Below are positions 56,040 through 62,829 of a stretch of 62,829 bases of DNA, piece after piece. The DNA comes from Candidatus Nealsonbacteria bacterium (GTDB taxonomy: Bacteria > Patescibacteriota > Minisyncoccia > Minisyncoccales > DAOVPY01), in the NCBI GenBank assembly GCA_030628945.1, contig DAOVPY010000004.1, positions 1 through 62,829 of the forward strand, read 5' to 3'. Each line of letters opens with the position of its first letter. Positions within the stretch are counted from its first letter, which is position 1. The position numbers were made by a program, and so were the translations under genes. Below the pieces are notes generated by a model that was not told the DNA's origin, made no database searches, and was given only the letters and a program-made list of their open reading frames with translations.

Positions 56040-57317
56040 ATGAAGGTTTTTGAACTTTATTTTAATCCAAAAGCGAATAAAGAAGTAATATACGACAGTT
56101 TTGTTTACGAGCCCGAAAATATATCCGAAAAAGGGATGGGCAATTTGTATGTTGTAGGCGAGCTAAATAATGCCCTTTCCAAGGATTCCGCTTTTCTGAA
56201 CAATTTAGCCAAAATAATTAAAAAAGAATATTATATCGGCGCTTCTATTGAGAATCAAGAGACAAAAATATCCAGCGAGCAAGCCCTTAAAAAAGGACTC
56301 AAGAAAGCAAACGAGCTTTTAACCGAAGAAATAAAAAAGGGCAATGTGGGCTGGCTGGGAAATTTAAACTTTGCTGTTTTGAGTTTTAAGGATTTTATTT
56401 TAAATTTCACAAAAATCGGCGATATTAAAATTTTATTATTAAGGTCCGCAACTGTTTTTGACAGGCCGAAAAATTCGTCAGATATAGAAATAATGGATAT
56501 TGGCACCAACCTTGAATTTCAGAATACCGAACCCTCTCCCTCAAAAATTTTCGGGAATATCGCCACAGGCAAACTAACCCCGGAAGACAAAATTATAATT
56601 TTAACCAAAAATGCCTTTGAATTATTTAAAAATAAAAATATAATCCAGGAATTGGCCCTTGCCCGCGAAGAAAAAGAACTTAAAAAAATTTTAAAAGCCA
56701 AAAAAGAAATTTTTACGGAAACCTCCGGGATATGCCTTTTACTATTTTCCGGTTCTCATAGCTATTACAACGGAGAATCAATCAGGGAATGTTTTCACCC
56801 TCCTTTTTTTCAAAAAACAAAAATCCTCAGCTCGCTTTTTAACAGAGGATTCGCTTTTCTGAAATATATTTTCAAAATTTTGACAGGGTTGAAAAAAAAC
56901 AGAATTATAGAAAACCCGGAATTAAACCCTGCAAAGCATTGGAGCATGTCATTTCCGCCGCGATTTTCATTGTCCTCTTCCTCTAAGATTAAAAAATTCT
57001 TAATCCTGGTTCTTATTTTAATTTTAATGCTGGCAAGCGGTTATTTTATCTTCAAAAAAGAAGACGAACAAAAATTCAGCTTAACGGCTCAGGCCGTAGA
57101 ACAGGCGGAACTGAAGATAATTCAAGCCGAAAATGCTTTAATTTTTAAGGATGAAGCAAGGGCAGAGCTTTTATTTCAGGAGGCCTGGGAGAAAATTTCG
57201 CCTTTTATTGAAGAAGAATCTTCTTTTAAAGAAGAAATCCAGTCTCTTAAAAAATCAATAGAACAAGGCCTTGCCTTTCTTGATAACTTGGAAAAAACAG
57301 ACCAACTCCCCCATTAA
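56040..57317 (+). CDS. Hypothetical protein with one TM segment
   Basis: Long ORF; soluble N-terminal domain, TM helix near residue 320, helical tail. Confidence 0.8.
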   Translation: MKVFELYFNPKANKEVIYDSFVYEPENISEKGMGNLYVVGELNNALSKDSAFLNNLAKIIKKEYYIGASIENQETKISSEQALKKGLKKANELLTEEIKKGNVGWLGNLNFAVLSFKDFILNFTKIGDIKILLLRSATVFDRPKNSSDIEIMDIGTNLEFQNTEPSPSKIFGNIATGKLTPEDKIIILTKNAFELFKNKNIIQELALAREEKELKKILKAKKEIFTETSGICLLLFSGSHSYYNGESIRECFHPPFFQKTKILSSLFNRGFAFLKYIFKILTGLKKNRIIENPELNPAKHWSMSFPPRFSLSSSSKIKKFLILVLILILMLASGYFIFKKEDEQKFSLTAQAVEQAELKIIQAENALIFKDEARAELLFQEAWEKISPFIEEESSFKEEIQSLKKSIEQGLAFLDNLEKTDQLPH

Positions 57318-59332
57318 TATTCCGAAGACCGTTCAAAATACCATTTTAACAACTCCTTTGCCACCGGCAGAACAACTCCCCCCAGACCTTTTACATCTTC
57401 AACAATGATGGTTAAAACAATTTCAGGCTCGTCATAAGGGGCAAAAATCGTTACCCAGTGATGATAACAATCTTCTTCGGATGTCTGGGCCGTACCTGTT
57501 TTTGCCGCAGCCGAAACTGGCAATGAATTTAAAATATAGCTTGGCATATCCGGAGTAGTTATTGCTTGTCTCATTCCCTCTCTTACAATCTGAAGATATT
57601 CCGGCTCAATAAAGTCCTCTCTTATAATTTTGGGCTCGATATCCCAGGTTTGTCCCGAGATTGCCGAAGAGTCTAAAATTTTCTGGACCAATCGGGGCTC
57701 ATAAAGAGTTCCTTTGTTAGCAATCGCGGAAAAAGCAGAAGCCACCTGAAGAGGGGTTATTTTGAGATATCCCTGTCCGATTGAAAGATGATAAGTGTCG
57801 CCGATAGTCCAATCATCGTTGATTACTTCTTTTTCCCATTGGGGGTCTGGAATAAATCCCGATTGTTCATTCGGAATATCCACTCCTGTTTTGCTTCCCC
57901 AACCGAAAAGTTCAAGATATTCTTTTATTTTTTTTTCTCCCAAGCCCTTAAAATCCTTATATCCCCCGCCTATGGTATAAAAATAGATATTGCAGGACTG
58001 GGCAATGGCTTTTCTCAAATCAGTCAAGCCATGCGTTCTCCAATCGTGATAAACCCATTCTTTTTGATTTACATCTGATTCCGGCTCCTCTGGATTGAAC
58101 CAGGGATTTTCAATAACAATTTCGCCCGTACAAAGAATATTTTTTTCAGGTTCAATTATTTTTTCCTGCAAAGCCGCGGACGCAATCAACGGCTTAATGA
58201 TAGAGCCAGTGAGATATTGTCCTGACACTGCCCTGTTGAGAAATGGTTTTAATTCATCATCCTGCATTGCTTTTAACTGCTCATGGGAAATGCCATGCGA
58301 AAATAAATTATTGTTAAAGTTGGGAATACTTACCATCGCTAAAATTCCTCCGTTTTGCGGATTTATGGCTATTGCCGCGGCTTTTTGCGCGCCAATATTT
58401 TTAAGTTTGTTGTTTAATTCTTGCTCTATCTTTTTTTGAAGCTCGGAATCCAACCAAAGAAGCAAACTTTTCCCTGATTCTGGCTGAGATTTCACAAATT
58501 CCTTGATTATCCTGCCTCTGGCGTCTTTTTCAATCTGAAATTCGCCGGGCTTGCCTCTTAAAATTTCTTCATAAGATTTTTCCAAACCGGTTTTTCCAAT
58601 ATAGTCGGTGAGAGAATAATTATTAAAAATCCTAAATTCATCTGCGTTTATTCTGCCGGTATAACCTATCAAATGGGAAAGATTCACTCCTTCAATATAA
58701 TTTCGGAGCGTGTTTTCCTCAATTTTAACGCCCGGAAATTCATTTCGGTTTTTTATTTTTACTTCCAGCGCGACCAAATCCGAGTGCTCAAGGTTTTCAT
58801 AAAGAGGAACTATCGGCAATCTGCTTTTCTCTATTTCTTTCAGCAAGTCCTCAACAACAATTTCTTCAACAATTTCTGAAATTTTTTTAAGGATTTTCTT
58901 GGCTTCTTTCTCCTCTTCGGGAAAATCCCTTTTATCTAAAACCAAATCAAAACTCGGTTTATTCCAAACGAGCTGCTCCAAATTGCTGTCGTAAATCACT
59001 CCCCGCTCTGGTCTGAGCGGATAAATTCTCAATCTATTTTCCGACGAGCGAAGCGCCAATTCTTCCCCCTTTATAATTTGAAGTTGAAAAATTCTGCCCC
59101 AAAAAATACTTATTGTGAGCAGGAAAATAGCATAAATAATCAGGATAATTTTTGGATGGAAAGGAACTTCAATTTTTTTTTCCGAAGTTCCCATTTCTCT
59201 CTCTTTTTCCTGAGCTAATGAATCCAAAAAAATCTCCTGTGGTTCTATCTCTTCCTTAAATGTTTTAATCTTTCTTTTGACGCCGAGACCTTTGGAATGG
59301 AGCCGGAATTTTTTAAACCGGAATTCTAACAT
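57314..59332 (-). CDS. mrdA: Penicillin-binding protein 2
   Basis: PERGVIYD, GKTGLEK, GSIIKP (SxxK), SCN (SxN), KTGTAQ. Confidence 0.93.
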   Translation of the reverse strand: MLEFRFKKFRLHSKGLGVKRKIKTFKEEIEPQEIFLDSLAQEKEREMGTSEKKIEVPFHPKIILIIYAIFLLTISIFWGRIFQLQIIKGEELALRSSENRLRIYPLRPERGVIYDSNLEQLVWNKPSFDLVLDKRDFPEEEKEAKKILKKISEIVEEIVVEDLLKEIEKSRLPIVPLYENLEHSDLVALEVKIKNRNEFPGVKIEENTLRNYIEGVNLSHLIGYTGRINADEFRIFNNYSLTDYIGKTGLEKSYEEILRGKPGEFQIEKDARGRIIKEFVKSQPESGKSLLLWLDSELQKKIEQELNNKLKNIGAQKAAAIAINPQNGGILAMVSIPNFNNNLFSHGISHEQLKAMQDDELKPFLNRAVSGQYLTGSIIKPLIASAALQEKIIEPEKNILCTGEIVIENPWFNPEEPESDVNQKEWVYHDWRTHGLTDLRKAIAQSCNIYFYTIGGGYKDFKGLGEKKIKEYLELFGWGSKTGVDIPNEQSGFIPDPQWEKEVINDDWTIGDTYHLSIGQGYLKITPLQVASAFSAIANKGTLYEPRLVQKILDSSAISGQTWDIEPKIIREDFIEPEYLQIVREGMRQAITTPDMPSYILNSLPVSAAAKTGTAQTSEEDCYHHWVTIFAPYDEPEIVLTIIVEDVKGLGGVVLPVAKELLKWYFERSSEY

Positions 59333-59627
59333 ATCTTTTAAAAATCGCTTTTATAAAAATTACTATTCCGAGTAAAATAAGAATATGGAAGCCGATAAAT
59401 TGACTTGAAAAAACATCCAGAAAAAATCCGCCGGCTATTGCCGCCCAAAAAGAGTAAAATTCTTGTTTGGAAACAAGAATATTTTCAAAAAAGCTTAAAA
59501 ACAAAACAGCAATAAAGATAAGGTTTGGAATTAAAACTGCCGCCCCGAAATGAACGAAAAAACTTGTTTGCAACAAAACCAAAAAATAAAGAGAAAAAAA
59601 GATAATTAGAATTTTTATAAATTTCAT
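59313..59627 (-). CDS. mreD: Rod shape-determining protein MreD
   Basis: LLQTSF..IPNL..GGFFLDVFS..G; lies between mreC and pbp2. Confidence 0.8.
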   Translation of the reverse strand: MKFIKILIIFFSLYFLVLLQTSFFVHFGAAVLIPNLIFIAVLFLSFFENILVSKQEFYSFWAAIAGGFFLDVFSSQFIGFHILILLGIVIFIKAIFKRYVRIPV

Positions 59628-60421
59628 CGGTATTGGGTAATAATAAATATTTTTTCTATTTCTTCAATATTAAAAAAAGGCGAAATCTTCACTTGCTGAA
59701 AGGGTTCAGTGTCGCTTTTTTGAATTTCTTTCACCTTGCCGACTAACAAACCGGGCGGAAAATCTCCGCCTAAAATATCAGTCAGCGCAACATCTTCTTT
59801 GAGGATTTCCTTGTCATGGGGAATACGTTCAAAGGAAAGGAGCAATCTCCCTTTTCCTTGAATAATCCCCAGGACCTTTTTTTCTTGAACTTCTATTTTA
59901 GCCGAGAAACGGCTTTTTTTGTTGGAAATGAGCATTACCCTGGAAAAATTTTTATAAACCTCGCTGATTTTTCCCAAAAGCGCTTTTTCCTGGCTAATCA
60001 CAACCATACCCTTGGAAATTTGATCTTGAGAACCCTTGTTAATCAAAAGAAAATCCTGAAGAACATCTTTATTAATTATATCAGCCATAATTAGTTTAAA
60101 CTCTTTCTCCAAACCGATTTCCATGGCTTGTCTCAGGATTTCATTTTCTTTTTTTATCTCTTTTAGATTAAAAATCTCATGCAGCATTCCCTGATTCACG
60201 CGTTCCAATTCTTTATTTTCTTGGTTTAAATTTTTCATCTCGCGCATCGTCTCCCAAAAATCAGAAACTTCGTCCCCCGCGCTCCAAAGAATTTTTTGAA
60301 TCGGCGAAGATACTAAATAAAAAGCATTCTTAACATCTTTTTGGAAAAAATTCAAAATCAAGAGAATGAATATAAATCCAATTACAACCACAAGTCCTTT
60401 TTTAAAAAAAGAAAATCTCAT
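59624..60421 (-). CDS. mreC: Rod shape-determining protein MreC
   Basis: TM, coiled coil ENEILR, INKGS..GMVV, FPPGLLVGKV. Confidence 0.92.
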   Translation of the reverse strand: MRFSFFKKGLVVVIGFIFILLILNFFQKDVKNAFYLVSSPIQKILWSAGDEVSDFWETMREMKNLNQENKELERVNQGMLHEIFNLKEIKKENEILRQAMEIGLEKEFKLIMADIINKDVLQDFLLINKGSQDQISKGMVVISQEKALLGKISEVYKNFSRVMLISNKKSRFSAKIEVQEKKVLGIIQGKGRLLLSFERIPHDKEILKEDVALTDILGGDFPPGLLVGKVKEIQKSDTEPFQQVKISPFFNIEEIEKIFIITQYR

Positions 60422-60460
60422 AATATTTTCTTTATTATACTAAAAGAAAAAGGAAGACAC

Positions 60461-60576
60461 AATCTTGGCGACTATCTACTTTCGCGGGAAAACCCACTAT
60501 CATCGACCCTGGGAGATTTCACTACTGTGTTCGAAATGGGAACAGGTGGAGCACTCCCGGTATTATCACCAAGATT
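60461..60576 (-). rRNA. rrf: 5S rRNA
   Basis: Terminal helix TCTTGGTG/CGCCAAGA; conserved CACCTGTTCCCATTTCGAACACAG core. Confidence 0.92.
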
Positions 60577-60891
60577 GTATCTTCCTTATTTGAAAACTGA
60601 TTATTAATTGCCAGCCAAGAATTGTCTTGGCTAATTAGTAATACTTGGCTTAATGTTTTACAACACTTACACCTGTATCCTATTAAGGTCGTGTTCTCCG
60701 ACCAGCCTAAGAGTCCTGATCTTGGGGTGGGCTTCGTGCTTAGATGCTTTCAGCTCTTATCCCTTCCCAACTTAGCTACCCAGCGATGCTCCTGGCGGAA
60801 CAACTGGTACACCAGAGGTTAGTTCAGTCCGATCCTCTCGTACAAGGACCAAATCCCCTCAAGACTCGACGCCTGCGGTAGATAGGGACCA

Positions 60892-60925
<34 letters not shown>

Positions 60926-60929
60926 TCCT

Positions 60930-60980
<51 letters not shown>

Positions 60981-60996
60981 AGAAGAGCCGACATCG

Positions 60997-61246
60997 CATT
61001 TTTCTATTATTTCTAATAGTATGGACTATATCTTCACCCCGCTTTCAGCGGGGGTTGGCGTATTATAACAGTTTAAACCTGCTATCCTTTCTTGCTAAAA
61101 TTTAGCAAGAAAAAGTCTCTACGGGGCGAAGCACATAGAATTCATGTACTCGCTTCCCACGGTGTTGTCAATGAGATTCCACCGTTATTAGCCAAATTTT
61201 TGGTATGGCATTACTGCCATAGCACCCCGATTTGTCGGTATATTTG
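60997..61246 (-). mobile_element. Group I intron at 23S position 2500 (no ORF, 250 nt)
   Basis: Interrupts GGCACCU/CGAUG; terminal G; P1 GCACCU pairs with GGGUGC giving the U-G pair; R CCCCGUAGAGACU and S AAGAUAUAGUC. Confidence 0.93.
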
Positions 61247-61328
61247 AGGTGCCGAACAGGGCCGTTGATGTGAACTCGCGGGCCCTACTAGCCTGTTCAA
61301 TCTTTTTTAAGATTAGACTATATCTTCA

Positions 61329-61384
61329 CCCTGTTAAATGCCGCTTCGCGGCAATTTTGCCAAAAGCAAAATTATTTAACAGGG
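61329..61384. repeat. 56-bp element occupying P8 of intron L2449
   Basis: CCCTGTTAAATGCCGCTTCGCGGCAATTTTGCCAAAAGCAAAATTATTTAACAGGG; homolog of 51738-51793. Confidence 0.9.
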
Positions 61385-61444
61385 GACGGCGTATCAGCAA
61401 GGTTTTACCTTACTCTGTCCGCTTATGGACAAGTCGTTACGGGG

Positions 61445-62038
61445 TCAAGAAGGAAGTTTGTAATTAAATTGAGAAAGTATATGACGTTTAACAATTACTT
61501 TTAATTTTTTTGCTTCTTTAGGAGGAAAATAAATCGCGTATCCTTTCTTTTTTTGTTTTACCCGACTCAAAATGTTGAATTTTTTCAACAAAGATTGAGA
61601 TGTAATTTTGGCTTCTTCTTCGCTAACATTTCCCAAATAAAGATAACTACAATAATCTCTTTGGCAGTAATATCCGTCATCCGTATACCAAACTGCAAGC
61701 ATTAGCGGTGTTAAATATTTTTCTAATTTTTCTGGAATTTTTTTCTTTCCTTCTGGATAGAAGATTTTTCTCAATTTACCAAGATAAGGAATAGATTGAG
61801 ATTGATGGCGCCAATAGCCATATGTTTTCTTAGAGATTGGATGAATTCTTTCTAAATATTTTGCTTTCCCTTGAAAGAGAGAATCAAGTTTTTTCACTTT
61901 CCATAGTAAGTATTCTTTTTGGTTTTTTCCATGTTCTAATCGAAGCCGAGAATTTTTTTCTCCAGTTTTTTGAAGATATCCATCTCCAAGAATTGTTCCA
62001 AAGAGAATTGATTTTTGTTCTCGCGATAAAGAAATCAT
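61445..62038 (-). CDS. Intron-encoded LAGLIDADG homing endonuclease (double motif)
   Basis: LFGTILGDGYL and LAVWYTDDGY motifs; lies inside intron L2449. Confidence 0.93.
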   Translation of the reverse strand: MISLSREQKSILFGTILGDGYLQKTGEKNSRLRLEHGKNQKEYLLWKVKKLDSLFQGKAKYLERIHPISKKTYGYWRHQSQSIPYLGKLRKIFYPEGKKKIPEKLEKYLTPLMLAVWYTDDGYYCQRDYCSYLYLGNVSEEEAKITSQSLLKKFNILSRVKQKKKGYAIYFPPKEAKKLKVIVKRHILSQFNYKLPS

Positions 62039-62829
62039 AAACTAAAACAAACTTCTTCCGACTTCCCACGGTATTACAAGAACTCTAAACCTTTTTCAAG
62101 GAAGACCGGTTCTCGCTTCACCGTTATAAGCCGTATTTATTACCTCACCTTACGGTGAGGAGGACAACAAACTCTTATTTCAGAGTCTATCCCCGGGGTA
62201 ACTTTTATCTGATAATCTCCTCCGGTTCTATCAACCGAAGTCGGTTCACTAAGTTCTGCTTTCGCAACAGCTCGACATATCCGTCTCGCTGTAAAGCTGG
62301 CTTTTGGCTTTGCCCGACATTTCCGATTTCCATCCGGAAATAGCCAACCTTTAAACGCCTCCATTACCTTTTGGGAGGCAAGTGCCCCACTTAAACTGAC
62401 CGGATAACACTGTTTCCCCGCTAAAAGCGGGGGTTAGAACCAAGAATTTAAAAGATGGGTGTTTCATTGACGACTCCTTCCCGACCGAAATCGGGAAATC
62501 AAAGTCTCCCCACTACGCTACGCATCTAAATTCAAAATCCAATGTCACCCTACAGTAAAGCTCCCGGGGTCTTTCCGTCTAGCCGTAGGTAACCGGCATC
62601 TTTACCGGTATTGCATTTTCACCGGGCTCCTCGTTGAGACAGTTTCCCAGTCGTTAAACCTTTCCTGCGGGCCGGAACTTACCCGGCAAGGGATTACGGT
62701 ACTTTAAGACAGTTATAGTTACTGCCGACGTTCACTGGCGCTTCAATCGCTCAGCCATCCCGCCCGAAGGCGGAAAGACCGGCAACATTAACGTTCCAGC
62801 ACTGGTCAGGTCTCAGCCCCTATACATCC

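Larger units (their letters stand above)
61298..62188 (-). mobile_element. Group I intron at 23S position 2449 with homing endonuclease (891 nt)
   Basis: Interrupts GGGGAU/AACAGG; terminal G; IGS GUCCUC; R CCCCGUAACGACU and S AAGAUAUAGUC; ORF between Q and R. Confidence 0.93.

Overview
AT-rich bacterial chromosomal segment in genetic code 11 (TGA is a stop). Gene content, short intergenic spacers, intron-containing 23S rRNA and presence of rplI fit Patescibacteria/CPR, most likely Parcubacteria (inference). It is mostly housekeeping: dnaG, tmk, deoC, gatB, miaB, thrS, dnaE, proS, mreB, khpA, trmD, lysS, serS, a Mur ligase, a Xer-like recombinase, rpmA, pyrG, rplI, an S41 protease, grpE-dnaK-dnaJ, corA, ftsQ, femAB, gltX and mreC-mreD-pbp2. 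It also holds tRNA-Lys(UUU), 5S rRNA and the 3' part of 23S rRNA with two group I introns (L2449 encoding a LAGLIDADG endonuclease, and L2500). There are two accessory glycan loci: GH + 3xGT4 + kinase, and MTase/GT2/GT2/GH27/SerK-like. The most unusual layer is non-genic, a set of small structured DNA elements. (i) A ~75-bp covarying hairpin unit appears inserted into -10 boxes of leaderless promoters (3 copies). (ii) A 56-bp three-way-junction element occurs both in-frame in a membrane glycosyltransferase and as helix P8 of a 23S group I intron. (iii) Four ~130-145-bp heptamer-built foldback elements lie in intergenic regions. (iv) Many in-frame palindromes and heptamer arrays sit inside essential proteins. 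ThrRS and ProRS both lack intact editing modules. serS and the Xer gene each carry a single-base frameshift at an A-run, most likely a sequencing error.
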